Positions 11,781 to 25,329 of a stretch of DNA of 64,000 nt are shown piece by piece. Within the stretch, counting starts at the first letter, position 1; each line of letters begins with the position of its first letter. The translations under genes and the position numbers were made by a program. A model generated the notes under the pieces. The model did not search any database and was not told the origin of the DNA. It saw only the letters and a list, made by a program, of their open reading frames with translations. Origin of the DNA: Mobula hypostoma (Eukaryota); NCBI RefSeq assembly GCF_963921235.1, contig NC_086108.1:82896001-82960000 (forward strand). The letters run 5' to 3'.

Positions 11781-13706
11781 CACCTCTTCCTACAGATGCT
11801 GCCTGGCCTGCTGCGTTCACCGGCAACTTTGATGTGTGTTACGGTATATGTATATTGGAGCAAAAACAGAAATAATATTGAAAAGGTAGTCTTCATGGAT
11901 TCAATTTCCATTTAGGAATCGATGGCTGAGGGGAAGAAGCTGTTCCTGAATCGCTGAGTGTGTGCCTTCAGGCTTCTGTACCTTCTATCTGATGGTAACA
12001 GTGAGAAAAGGGCATGCCCTGGGTGCTGGGGGTCCTTAATAATGGACACTGCCTTTCCGAGACACTACTCCTTGAAGATGTCCTAGGTCTTGGGTACTTT
12101 TTAGGCTAGTACCAAAGATGGAGCTGACTAAATTTACAACACTCTGCAGCTTCTTTTGGTCCTGTGCAGTAGCGTCCCCCCTCTCTCCCCCCCCATCTCC
12201 ACCCCTCCCCCATACCAGACAATAATGCAGCCTGTCAGAATGCTCTCCATGGTACATCTATAGAAGTTTTTGAGTGTTTTTGTTGACATACTAAATCTCT
12301 TCAAACTCCTAATGAAGTATAGTCACTGTCTTGCCTCCTTTATAGCTGCATCGATATGTTGGGACCAAGTTAGGTCCTCAGAGATCTTGACACCCAGGAA
12401 CATGAAACTACTCACTCTCTCCACTTCTGATCCCTCTATGAGGATTGGTGTGTGTTCCTTCATCTTACCCTTCCCGAAGTCCACAATCAGCTCTTTCATC
12501 TTACTGACGTTGAGTGCAATGTTTTTGCTACAACACCATTCCACTAGTTGGTATATCTCGCTCCTGTACACCATCTTGTCTCCATCTGAGATTCTACCAA
12601 CGATGGTTGTATCATCAGCAAATTTATAGATGGTATTTGAGCTATGCCTAGCCACACAGTCATGGGTATAGAGAGAGTAGAGCAGTGGGCTAAGCACACA
12701 TGCCTGAGGTGCACCAGTGTTGATCATCAGCGAGGAGGAAACGCCTAGAATGCAGAGGCATGTTTAATATTGTTAGTTTTAGTTTCATAAGTTTCATCAC
12801 TTCAAGATTGTTTGTTCTGTTGGTTGCTAATAAAGGAACAAATATATTTCTTCAACTTTTTAAATATATTATTGTATTGATCAGAGGGTGCATCACACAA
12901 AGATGACTACCCATTGGGTCGCCAGCAGTGTCATTGGTTTGTTAGAATAGCCACTACAGATATTAAGTACATGCGCTTTTACATTGCACAAGTAGACTTA
13001 CTTCTACAGTACGCTGGTTGTGGCAACAAGTGGCAAAAGTGTATTCAATTCCTTCACTGAAAATATATCAGGTGGTGGTGACAGTATTAAGTTATCCTAG
13101 AAATGATATAATACACCTTTGTCCTCGATATAAAGAAAGAAATAAGCATCCATTAACTAATGTAGCAAAATATTCGAATGGTTGACACGCAAGAAGTTGC
13201 ACAGAAGTCTGAAAGTGGTGTTTGAATTAAGTAGTTCTTTGTCTCCACCTAGTGGTGTCTATGTGCTACCAAATTAGATTGCATGTCTGCGTAGCAGTCT
13301 GGTGAACATCAACTATTAATTATTAAGTCATCTATAACTATGCAGGAAAATTATCAAGGGGAGTCAATTTGGTAAGTGATTTGGTGCAATGTGTGGAGGT
13401 GGGTGAGAAGGTCAATTATTAACATAAAATGGTTTCGCTGCATGAGAATTCTCAGTGCCCATGACATTTCCTCCTCACTGAAATTGGATAGATCTTTCTG
13501 CCCAGAGAGCCTGGGTAATCTGAGGAAAAAAAACAAAACTTGAGATGTAGAGCACGTGTCTGCTGCTGCCAACTGGAATGATGAGATTCATTATCACCTT
13601 CCTGTCCATGGACAGAGCAGCCTGGGTATGAGAGCATAATTGTCGTGCAGGATGTGGCTTCATGATAACAGCCTTGGAAAAGCTAAGCATGTGAATGTTC
13701 TGCTCA

Positions 13707-13771
13707 TCAGAAAAGTCCATTATGCAGAGGGGAATAATGAATTCTTGGTTCTGTAGTGCAGTTGTAGAGAA
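13707..13771 (-). CDS. Candidate alternative terminal exon coding part ((V)LYNCTTEPRIHYSPLHNGLF*)
   Basis: Long C/T tract ending CCCGCCCAG|TTCTCTAC, in a unique island. Confidence 0.35.
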
Positions 13772-14027
13772 CTGGGCGGGGGGGGGGGGAGGTGGAATGA
13801 AAATGTCGAAGAGGGTTAAAGGGAGACTCTTTAGGGTTGGTACAAGGCAGGGCAAGTAACAGGTTCAAACCGTCCCGAGCCACAAATTGCAGGCTAAAGT
13901 GAACTACATTGAACTCATGCCTCGTAACAAGCCCAAGAACAATTCTATTAACTCCAGGACTGAAGCCGAACCATACATAGTTCACACAGCACATAAGTAT
14001 TTAGGCTCGACATTGCCAAAGGATTAC

Positions 14028-14033
14028 CTCGCT
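14028..14033 (-). CDS. Candidate 6-nt microexon AGCGAG
   Basis: ...CCTACCTATACATAG|AGCGAG|GTAATC, preceded by ~100 nt of AG-free pyrimidine-rich sequence. Confidence 0.45.
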
Positions 14034-14719
14034 CTATGTATAGGTAGGGTCGAGATAGTGGGTGGTGATGGGGTGCGGAAGTAGATAAGAAATAATACAA
14101 ACAGAATGAAACCATTGAATCAGGATTGAATCAGGGAGCATTCTTTCCAAGACAAATGACTCTGCTGTTGATGTCAGCTCTTTAAAAAAGTAAAAGCTTC
14201 TTCTGAAGGTAAACCCCAGACTTCGTGTGAAACTTTTCTATTTACAATTAGCTTTGAAAACTCTCTGGGAATAGGTTCTTTGCAGATGGGCAAAGTATAC
14301 ATTTCTGTGCTGAGAGTCCTGACCTCCTTCAGGTTCTGGCTGTATTTATTCCAATCATCAACTGAAGGAATGTTGCTGGCAGTGTCAACATTGAGTGACC
14401 CAGTGAATCAGCACATCAACTTCAGGAGTTGTTTGAGAATCTTTACTCAGTTATGAAGCTACCCAATCTGTTCCCTTCTTTACAGTTGCACAAAAAGCAA
14501 AGACTTAAGCACATGCTCCATGATGAATGCAGTGCGATGCTTGGAGCTCCAAGCTTGCTACAGGTGGAAATGCGTATTCAAAAATAGTGATGTCATCAGA
14601 CTGGGTAAAGATCAGGATCACAAACAGGGGTGACTGATGCATTTTCAACTGGAATTGACCTCTGGCTTAAAATACTCCAGATAAAATTGATTACAATAAA
14701 ACAGGCTTCATGATCCAGG

Positions 14720-15075
14720 TTACAGGCAACTAGCCTCCGTAGTAGCGAGGACATCTTCAAGAAGCCTCAAAAAGGTGGCACCCATCACTAAGGACCCCAA
14801 CCACCCAGGACATGCCATTCTCATTGCTGCCATCGGGAAGAAGGTATAGGGGCTTGCAGGCACACACTCAGGTGATTCAGGAACAGCTTCTTCCCCTCTG
14901 CCATCTGATTTCAAAATGGACATTGAGCCCATGAACACCACCTCACTACTCATTTAACTTAACATATACATTTACTGTAAATCACACTTGTTCTATTATT
15001 GTATTGCACTGTATTGCTGCCACAAAGACAACAAATTTCACGACATATGTCAGTGATACTAAACCCGATTCTGAA
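14720..15075 (+). mobile_element. Rex1/Babar 3' end
   Basis: KDPNHPGHAILIAAI region and FRNSFFPSAI motif; AAACCCGATTCTGA tail. Confidence 0.75.
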
Positions 15076-16074
15076 CAAAACTGACTAGAAATTCACAGAA
15101 ATAAACCTTTCGGTTTGAAGAGAATAAACAGCACCACCTGGTGATAACTGTTTAGATTTTGCAGAAACATTTTCTTCCAGTTCTGGTCCCTTATACCCTC
15201 ATTGTAATGTACAACCCAATTTGTTCCCCAGTGCCTATGAATCTCACCCCAAACTAGAATGTAAGAGCAGAGTTGCTTCACTTTAATTTTAATTTTCCAG
15301 TCCTTTGCAGCAAGATGTTATCCGTCTGAACTAGGATGTAAACAGAAGTAAGCTATTTGGCTGTTCAAGTCTGTTTTGTCACTTGGTCACATCGTGTTTG
15401 ATCTTTCTCTGGCTCTACCAACCAACCTTGATTCTGTAACCCTCAATAATCTCACCTCACAAATCCCTATATCAGTTGAATTGATCCAGGCTGAACAGCT
15501 TCTTTGGGGAGCAGTTCTAGATTCCCATGAACCGCTCTGTAAAGAGGTGCTTCCTAATACCTTAAATTTACATTCCACATCTGGACGTCCCTACCAAAGG
15601 TGTACAGTGAAAAAGATAAAAATTAGCTTTACCTGTCATATGCATACTGAAGCACCCCACAAAATGAGTCAATGACCAACATAATCTGAGAATGTGCTCG
15701 GGGCAGCCCACAAGTGCTGTTATGCTTCTGGCACCAACATACTTTGATCAAAACCTAGTAATCCAATCCCATACATCCATGGAATGTGGGAGGAAACGAG
15801 AGCAGCATGCAGTGAGGGGAAAAATGCACAAACTCCTTATAGACAGCAGCAAAATTGAACTTGGGTCACTGGTGTTGCCAAGTATCGTGCCCCCTCCTAC
15901 ACTATCATTCCAGCCTTTTACGCTCCCATGCCATCCTATAACTGACTCTAAAGTCTCACGGGTAACATTTCCCTTATTTGTCCAAGGTACATCACTGGTT
16001 AAGACTGGAACTTATTATCCATGAAGAAGTAGTGGTGAGCTCTCATCTTCACAACAGGGAGATAACAGTTATTA

Positions 16075-16982
16075 GCATTGATGCTACTCTCTTCCGCATC
16101 ACCTCCATTTCCTGGAGGCCTGCGCTCACCCCATCTTACTGCCGCCTTAACAGTGCCCTTACCTACCGCTTCATCGACCTCTGCAACTTCTGCCATCTCC
16201 AAAGAGATCCCACCACTGAACTTACCTTTACCTCCCCCCAATCTCTGCACTCCCCCCATGATTCCCTTGCTCATTTGTCCCTCCCTACTAATCTCCCTCC
16301 CAGCACTTCACCCTGTACGTGGCGAAAGTGTTACACCTGCCCATTCACCCCCTCCCTCACCTTCATTCAGGACCCCAAACAATTCTTCCAGGTGAGGCAA
16401 CACTACACCTGTGAATCTGCTAGAGTCGTCTAAGGTATCCGGTGTTCTTAATGTGGTCTCCTCCGCACCATCTTAAGTTGAGGGACCGCTTCGTTCTGTC
16501 CGCCAAGAGCAGAACTTCCTGGTGGCTAAACATTTTAATTCCGATTCCCATTCTGATATGTTCCCTTGTGCCACGAGGAAGCCACCCTCAGGGTGGAGGA
16601 GCAACACCTTAAATTCCATCTGAGTAGTATTCAACCTGATAGAATAAATATCTCATTCCGGTTAAAAGAAAAATTTCCTCCTACTCCCCTCTTCTTCTAT
16701 TCTCCACTCTAGCCTCTTCCCTCTTCTCACCATCACACCCCTTCTTCTGTGCTCCAGTCTCCTCTTCTATCAGATTCCTTCTTCTGCAGTCTTTTCCTAC
16801 CCATGCTTCACCTATCATCTTCTAGCTGTCCTCCTTCCCCTCCCCTCACCTTTTTATTCTAGCATCTTTTCCCTTCCTTTCCATTCCTACAGAAGGGTCT
16901 CGACCCAATACGTTGACTGTTTGTTCATTTCCTTAGATACTGCCAGACTTGCTGAGTTCCTCCGGCATTTTGTGTATATTGC
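16075..16982 (+). mobile_element. Penelope-like element 3' part (GIY-YIG region and end repeat)
   Basis: CYTCPFT..IQDPKQFFQVRQHYTCESARVV region, pyrimidine-rich UTR and terminal motif. Confidence 0.8.
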
Positions 16983-17949
16983 TTCATTATCAATATTGTT
17001 GTGTGTCTGGGCTGATGTCTTATTTGATCATACCGAATAAAGATGGCCTTGGAGAGGATACAGAAGAGATTGCTGAAACAGCTCTAAAGATGAAGGGTTT
17101 TAGTTACTGAGAAAGGGTGAGGGTGGGGTAGAGATAGTATTGGTCTCCTTGGACAGAAGTTAAGAAGAGATATTATGGAATTGCTTATAGTAAAAAGGGA
17201 TCTAGAAAGAGAAAACATTCCTGTTGGTGGAAGGATTGAAGATCAAAGGAATAAATTTAATACGAATGACAAAGAATCAAAAGCAACATAAATAAATGAT
17301 CTGTTGGACATTGGCCAACAGGTTGATGGCGGTCAGTTTAGTCGTGACTTTAAGGGAGGAGTTGGATCACTTGGGGAAAAAACTAAAAGCCTTCAGACAG
17401 AGGGCAGGGGAGTGAGATTAATTGCATTGCTTACGCAAGGAGCCAACTCAGACTGAAGGGCAGGATAGCCCCCTTCTGTGTTGTTTACCAACATTATTTC
17501 ACAATAAGCAGCGTTATGAAAATCAATAGTTCTATACAATTCATAATTCATTGTCACCACTGCCGATCCCATTTTTTTTTTCAGATTTAATTAACTGAAT
17601 TTAAAATTTCAAGCTGCTGTGGTGGGAATTGAACTCATATCCCTTGATACTATTTCAGCCTCTGAATTAATAGCCCAGAAAATAATCACGAGGCCATTAC
17701 ATTTTGACAGAAGGAGGTGGATTTTGCAGTTGGCAGCAAGCACTGTCAGCTCAACAACGACCTCAAAACCTCCAGCTTTACCTCAGACTATCCTTGCAAT
17801 TGGAATTTGAAGACATACTGAGAACTCTCTGTGCATTTTAGAATATTCAAAAACTTCCAGGAGCAAAAGCAAAAAAAAAAACTTAAAATTAAAAGTTCAA
17901 AAGCTCAAAAATAGTTTTTAAAACTTTAGAAAATAGACCTTAAACTTTT

Positions 17950-19185
17950 GAGTCATTGAGTCATAGAGTAGTACAGTCCCTTCAGCCCAACAAATCCATA
18001 CCAACCATGGTGCCCACCCACTTGCTCCCAAGTTCCTGTGTTTGGCCCATATCCCTCTAAATCCCGCTCCTGCACGTACCTATCCAAGTGATTTTTAATG
18101 ATATGACTGCACCTACCTCAACCAATTATTGCAACTCATTCCATACACTCATCATCTTCTACTTGGAAAAGACCCCCCCTCGGGTCCCTTCTAAGTCTTT
18201 CTCCACTCACCCTAAATCTATGCCCCCTAGTTTTGGAGTCCCCTACTCTGGGGAAACAGCTGCTCCCATCCACTTTGTCTATACCCCTCATGATTTTGTA
18301 ATTTTCTACAAGGTAATCCTCATTATCCAAGGAATAACCTAGTCTGGCCAATGTACCCCTATCACTCAGACCCTTTTGCTCTGGCAAAATCCTCATGCAT
18401 CTTTGCTGCACTCTTTCCAGTTTAACTGTAGTCTTTGCTATAACAGGGTGACCAAACTGTACACAGTACTCCAAGTGTGGCCTCACCAGCAACGTACTCA
18501 ATTGCAACATTATGTCACAAAGCCTGTACTCAGTGCCCTGAATGAAGGCCAGCACTATCCTGCCTACCTGTGATGCCACATTCAATGAACTATTCACTTG
18601 TACTCCTCTGTTCCACTAAACTGACTAGTGCACTACCTTTCATAGTACAGGTTCTACACACGCTTGCCTTCCCAAAATGCATCACCTCACACTTACAGTA
18701 ACTGTACTGAATTCTATATGCCATTTCTCAGCCCACTTCCTGAAGTGATCAAGTTTCCTTGTAATCTATGATAACCTTCTTCACAACCAAACATCTCCTA
18801 ATTTTATGTCATACACAGACTTTCTGATCAAGCCTTGTGCATTCACATCCAAATCATTGACATAAATAATGTATAACAAAGCTACCAACCGTGAATCCTA
18901 TGGCACACCACAGCTCACTAGCCTCCATCCCATGAAACAACCTTCAAATGCCACCCTCTGTTTCCTGCCTGAATTTTAAATTCATCTAACCAGCTGTCAG
19001 CGGATTCCATGGGACCTAACCTTCCAGACCATCACTCCTGCCATGTAGGACCTTGTTGAAGATGCTTCAGCCCAAATAGACAACATTCACAATGCTATCT
19101 TCATTTACCTATATATAAAAAAAATTGTCAGGGATGACTTTCCCTGCAGAAAGCCATGCTCACTCCTCCAAATCAGGCTCTGAAG
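17950..19185 (-). mobile_element. CR1 LINE ORF2 3' part
   Basis: ORF 18136-18597: LVRPHLEYCVQF...LERVQ...KTRGHRFRV. Confidence 0.9.
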
Positions 19186-19770
19186 TGTTTTGAGAAGTTG
19201 GTGATGAAACATATCGATTCAGCCTGAGAAGCAACTTGGATCCGCTCCAGTTTGCCTACCAGTGCAACAGGTCCAGAGCAGATGCCATTGCATTGACTCT
19301 TCACTCAACCCTAGAACATTTGGATAGCAACAATGAATACACCACGATGTACTTTATCGACTACAGCTTGGCATTCAATACCATCATCCCCTCAAAACTA
19401 ATCAATAATCTTCAAGGCCCTGGCTTCAATTCCCCCCTGTGCATTTGGATCCTTGATTTCCTCACTTGCAGACCCAATCAGTTCGGATTGACAACATCTC
19501 CTCCGCAATCTCCTTCAGCACAGGTGCACCACAAGGCTGTGTGCTTAGCCTCCTGCTCTACTTGCTTTGCACTTATGACTGTGTGGCTAAGCACAGCTTC
19601 AATGCCATACTTAAGTTTGCTGAGGAGTCAAAGGTGGTGATGAATCAGCATATAGGGAAGAGAGATTGAAAATGTGGCTAGGTGCTGCCTAAACAGCAAC
19701 CTCTCTCTCAGTGTCAGGCAGACCGAGGAGCTAATTATTGACTTCAGGAGGAGGAAACAAAAATCAGGTT
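19185..19770 (+). mobile_element. Rex1/Babar RT fragment
   Basis: DPLQFAYQCNRSRADAI...FIDYSLAFNTI; GAPQGCVLS. Confidence 0.85.
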
Positions 19771-20552
19771 GGTGCTGGATTAAAGGAGGGGGAATTTCTA
19801 GAGTGTCTACGAGATGGCTTTTTAGAGCAGCTTATAGTTGAGCCCACTCTTAAACCCAATGTATGCTTCCCTTTTTTTTCTTGAACAGTCTCGGTTCCCT
19901 AAACATTCCCACTCTGCCTTCATCATAACAGTAACATGTTGCCCTGGATTCTTGATATTACACTCTTAAAAGTCTCTCACTTGCTATTCAGTCCTTCCCT
20001 TCAAATATGCTCACCCAATCAACCACTGCTAGATCATGCCTAATTGTCCAAAAATTAGCCCTGCTCCAGTTTAGTGCACTAATATGTGAACCGGTCCTAT
20101 CCTTTCCATCACTATCTTAAAACTGATTGAGTTATATTCACTAGAGTCAAAGTTTTCTCTGACTGCCACTTCAGTTCCCTGTCCTGCCTCATTCCCCAAG
20201 AGAAGATCATATTAAGAGAACCCATATAAACTTTTAAAAGATTTTTTCTATATTAGTAATTCTTCTAATTTTGATTTTAAATTACACACCCTCCCCTGCA
20301 GTTCTTGCTTCACTTCCATTCAAATCTGACAGAAAGGTGGTTTCTACCTCCTGGGACTTTCCTCAAATTAGTATGGCAAGTTGTGGGATGAAATTCTCAC
20401 ATATAATACAGGAACGAGCCATTAGGCTTTTTTTAATCAATGACATCTCAGTACAATGCCATCTATCTCATATGGAGTACTGTGTACAGATCTGGTTGCT
20501 ACACTAGAGGAAGGATGCCATTAGCAGGAGTGCAGAAAAGATTCAACAAGAT

Positions 20553-20949
20553 CATTATCATCACCACCACGTGTAGTGTCGTATGACATGGGTGATCACA
20601 ATCTCATGACCATGATTGTTCTTGACAAATTTCTCTGCAGAAGTAGTTTGCCATTGCCTTCTTCTGGGCAATGCCTTTGCAAGACAGGTGATCCCAGCCA
20701 TTATCAAACTCTTCAGAGATTGTCTGCCTGGCATCAGTGGTCACATAACCAGGACTTGTGATATGCACCAGCTGCTCATACAACCATCCACCACCTGCTC
20801 CTATAGCTTCACGTGACCCCGATCAAGGTGTGGGGGTGGGGGGGGGGCTAAGCAGGTGCTACACCTTGGCCAAGGGTGACCTGCAGGCTAGTGGAGGGAA
20901 GGAGCACCCTTCACTTCCTCTGGTAGAGGCGTATCTCCACACTGCGAAC
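20553..20949 (-). mobile_element. SINE-like non-autonomous retroelement inserted in a CR1 fragment (20465-21385, +)
   Basis: Flanking duplication CAACAAGA (~20545 and ~20950); ATG/ATA-repeat tail on the minus strand; CR1 motifs (MEYCVQIW; LERLGLFSL) resume on either side. Confidence 0.6.
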
Positions 20950-22999
20950 CAACAAGAAGCTGCCCGGAATAGTTTCAAGGAGAGATTGGAGAGATTGGAA
21001 AGGCTAGGTTTGTTCTCACTGGATCTTAGGAAACTGAGGGGTATCCTTAGAGGTTTATAAAATTGTGTGGGGTCATAGATATGTTTACCACAGAATGGAG
21101 GGTCTAATACTAGAGGCCACAGAATTAAGGGGAAAGGAGAGAAACTTGAAGATCAGAGGTGAAAATTCTCCCCCCACCACACACACACAGAATGGCGATG
21201 ATATGGAGCAAGTTGCCAGAAAAGGGAGAAGCAGAATCAATTAAAATGTTTAAAAGGCATTTGAACAGGTTTTTATTTAGGGAAGCAGAAGGTCTAATGT
21301 GGGCTGATGGGATTAGCATAGATTGGCATGGGTAAATTGGAGTGGGAAATCCATTTCTGTGCTAGCTATACAACTCTGTGACTCTCTGACCAATTCACCC
21401 ACCTATTTTTCTAGTAATCTGGCATACCAATCAACTTCATCCTGATTCTTCTAAACATACCTACCATGGATAATTTACATCAGCCAATTAACTCATCAAT
21501 CAGCAAGTCTTTTGGACAGGAGGATATTGGAGCACCGAAGGTTGGGATTGAACACAGGCTGCTGTGCTGGAGATCAGAATCAAACGCAGGACTACTGAAA
21601 CCAGGAGACAGCAGCACTTCCCACTGCACCTCTGTGCCTTCCTGCAGCATACCGGGTCAAGTGACCTTTCCTGTACTGAATCCATGAAGATTCTAATAAC
21701 CAAGTGTGGTCTGATGTTCAGTGCTGAATCCAGTCAGCAACTTTCAGATATGCACTTTGGAGAAATCTCCATGATATCAGTCACATAGAATAGTAACAGC
21801 AGACACTGGCAGATTCACTGTCATTGTCCTACATCATCCTGATCATTCACTCTACGGCACACAGAATCACGTACAACAAGAGGAAGCATTTAGTCCATGA
21901 AGTTTGCTTCAAGCGATCTACCCATTTAGCTCCACTCTCGTGATCCTTCTCCACATCACAAGAATTTTTGTTTTTATTTTCAAATACCCGGCCAATTCTT
22001 CACTGAATGTGAATGGAAGCTGTCTTTATTATCTATTCAGCCAAATACATTGCTGCACAAAAAAATTCTTCACAACCTTTTTTTTTACAATCAATTATCC
22101 TGAATCTGTGACCTGAGTTGCCCAACATCTCTAACATTTGAAATAGTTATTCCTTCTCCAGACATTTGCATTTTATCAGAGAGCCAAGGTTTGTGCTCAT
22201 GTAAAACTATGTCTGTGAGGAACTACTGCCTGGAGATCAGAATGCCATTTGTAATTAGGCAATGTTAAAGAATTTTCTGAGATCAAAAATGCAGTCAATG
22301 CAGTCAGATTTAAGATCTGTAGCACTAAAATTATTACATATTAAACACTGCAGACCCAAATTGTTGACTGCTTTTTTCACCTCACCATATATTACAGAAA
22401 CCAAAATAATGATAGGCCATTTTGATCTACATTACTACAGACATTCCCTTTCGTCTACACATCCTTCAACCAACTTTCTGACTAAAAACCAAGTTGTATC
22501 TCTTCCTTTTGCAGTTGTGACTGAGTCACAACTGACTATTATATTGACTATTTCTCTTTCCACAGATGCTGCCTGACCTGCTGAGTTTTTCCCAGCACTT
22601 TGTGATTTTTTTCCAGATTTGACAAAACAGATTTTTTTATTTTAACATTTATTTACATGCCTTTATTTTCATACAACAATTTTATACTATGGTGCCAATT
22701 TACATTTATCTAGCATTTTTTAACTTCCCAGAATGCTTTATGGATCATTATCAAATCATACAGGGAAATATTTAGATGCAGGAGAGTAGATTTTAATCAA
22801 TGTACACAGAACAAAGTAGTCATGCTGTACAGAGAGACTAAAGAAAGGAATTTCTTTTTTCCTCAGAGGCTTGTTGGTCCATCAACTCCATACCAACTTT
22901 CAGAGAGAGCATTCCCATCAGATGCATTCCCTCACTTACTTTCCCTTATGTGCAGTACTGCTCTCCCCTAATTCTCCTACCATCTAATCTAAGAGACAG

Positions 23000-25112
23000 A
23001 GGAGTGATTACAGGATTTCTTTGAGTCAGTAGACTGGGACATGTTCAGGTACTTATCTGTGGATCTGAATGTATGCACCAGGGTTGTAAAAGACTTTATT
23101 AAAACAGTTGCAGATGAGCGTATCCCCACTGAATCCGTCAGAGTCTTCCCCAGTCAGAAACCCTGGAAGAACAACGAGATCTAAAATTTGCCAGATCAGA
23201 GACATTCAAGTCTGGAGACTGAGAATGCTGCAAGAGGTGCAGGTATGATCTCCGGAATCCATCTCACGGGCAAAGTGGAGATTCTCGACCAAACTGGAAT
23301 CAACAAGGGATGCTGAACAGCTGTCGCAAGGATTGCACACTATAACCTCTTACAAAGTTAAATCAAATGCCATGGGGAACAGCAGAACTTCACTTGCAGA
23401 TGGGCTCAATGCCTTCTACGCTCGCTTTGGCCATTAGAACATGGAAGAACCATTGTGAACCTCCACCCCTCCTGAAGATCCTTTGATCTCAGAATCTGAA
23501 GCTAACGTGAAGGCTGCCTTCAGGAGGCAAGGGAAGCATCTGAACCAGATGGGGTACCTGGCCACAAACTAAAGACCTGTGCTGACCAACTGTCTGGTGT
23601 AGTCACTGATATCTTTAACCACTCACTTTGGCAGTGTGTGGTACCCATCTGCTTCAAGCAGGCTTCAACCATACTGGTGCCCAAGAGCATGGTGACCTGC
23701 CTCAATAACTTTCACCCAGAGTGATGAAGTGTTTTAAGAGGGTGGTGTTGAAATATATCAGCTCTTGCCTGAGCGGTGACTTGGATCCACTCCAATTTGC
23801 TGATGCAAGCAACAGATCCACAGCAGATGCCACCTCATTGGTTCTTCACACAACCCTGGAACATCTCAACAGGAAAGGTGCATACATCAGGATGCTCTTT
23901 ATCAACTACAGCTTGGCATTTAATACCATCGTCCCCATAAAACTAAACAACAAGCTCCAAGATCTTGGCCTCAATACCTCCTTGCGCATTTGGATCCTGG
24001 ATTTCCTGACTTGTAGACCCCAGTCAGTTCGGATTGGCAAAAACATCTCCTCCATGATCTCCATCAGCACAGGTGCACCACAGGGATGTGCCCCCTGCTC
24101 TACTCTCTTTACACCTTTGACTGTGTGGCTAAGTACAGCTCCAACACTGTATTGTAGTTTGCTGATGACACCACTGTTGTGGGCCTTATCAAAGGTGGTG
24201 ATGAATCAGCATCAGGAGCAAGGTTGAAAATTTGATTGAGACGTACCAGAACAACAACCTCTCACTCAGTGTCAGCAAGACCAAGGAACTGATTGTCAAC
24301 TTCAGGCGAGGGAAACCAGAGGTCCAGAAGCTCAGAGAAACCTGAGCCAGTCCTCACTGGAGGATCAGAGATGGGGAGGGTCAGCAACTTTAAATTCCTG
24401 AGTGTTACAATTTCAGAGGACCCATCCAGGATCCAGCATGTAAATGAAATTGCAAAGAAAGCACAGCAATGCCTCTTTAGACTTCCGTAGTAGTCTGCGT
24501 TGACTTGGCATGATATTAGAAACTTTGACAAACTTCTATAGATGTGCAGTGGAGAGTGTGTCGACTGGCTGCGTCATGGCCTGGTATGGAGACACCAATG
24601 TCTTCGAACTGAGAAAGCTACAAAAGGAAGAGTATTCGGCCCAGTACACAGTAAAGCACTCCCAACCATTGAGCACCTCTACATGAAGTGTTTTTGCAGG
24701 AAAGCAGCATTCAAAGATCCCCACCACCCAAGCTACGTTCTTTTCTCGCTGCTGCCATCAGGTAGAAGGTGCAAGAGCCTCAGGACTCAAGCCACCAGGT
24801 TCAAGAACAGTTACTACCCCTCAACTATCAGGCTCTTGAACAAAAGGAGATAACTACACTCATTTGCCCATCCATTGAGATGTTCCCACAGCCAATGATC
24901 TCACTTTAAGGACTCCTTATCTTATTATTGTTATTATTTATTGCTATTTATTTGTACTTGCATTTGCACAATTTGTTGTCTTTTGCACTCTACTTGATTT
25001 TTGTTCATTCTATTATAGTTACTATTGTATAGATCAGCTGAGTATGCCTGCAGGAACATTAATCTCAGGGTTGTGTGCAATGACATATATGTACACTGAT
25101 AATTAAAATTTA
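23000..25112 (+). mobile_element. Rex1/Babar LINE, 5'-truncated and frameshifted
   Basis: MKCFKRVV...DPLQFAD...MLFINYSLAFNTI...GAPQG; C-terminal TRFKNSYYPSTIRLLN. Confidence 0.9.
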
Positions 25113-25329
25113 CTTTGTATAGGAGTAATGTACAGTGGGCAATTAACCTACCCTGACCAGCACTGGGGAAGAAAACAGAAAACCAAGGGTCACAGAACAT
25201 AAATAATCCAAGGCTAGGATCAAACCCAGGAAATCAAAGTCCTGCAGCAAAAGCAACAAAACAAATACATTAATTTTTCTCACTGTCATCAAACAAAAAA
25301 AGATCAGGACATTGACTTCAGAAAGAGTA

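Larger units (their letters stand above)
11053..11838. mobile_element. Penelope-like element ends arranged as a long inverted repeat, from a single insertion
   Basis: Arms ~11098-11434 and ~11509-11840 are reverse complements; 15-bp TSD TTACGGTATATGTAT at 11038-11052 and 11839-11853. Confidence 0.85.
10938..12740 (-). mobile_element. Rex1/Babar LINE 3' part, interrupted by a PLE palindrome
   Basis: ORF 12323-12727 (GAPQACVLSPLLYSLYTHDC...KFADDTTIVGRI) is the RT core; AATAAACCTGATTCTGATT tail at ~10940. Confidence 0.9.

Noticed and set aside
10997..11915. Cluster of overlapping 60-130 aa ORFs
   Set aside because: These are spurious frames across the purine/pyrimidine-biased PLE palindrome, mirrored on both strands.
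13720..13740. PIP5K1C identity suggested by YSPLH
   Set aside because: It is only a 5-residue match and the surrounding sequence does not fit, so no gene symbol was assigned.
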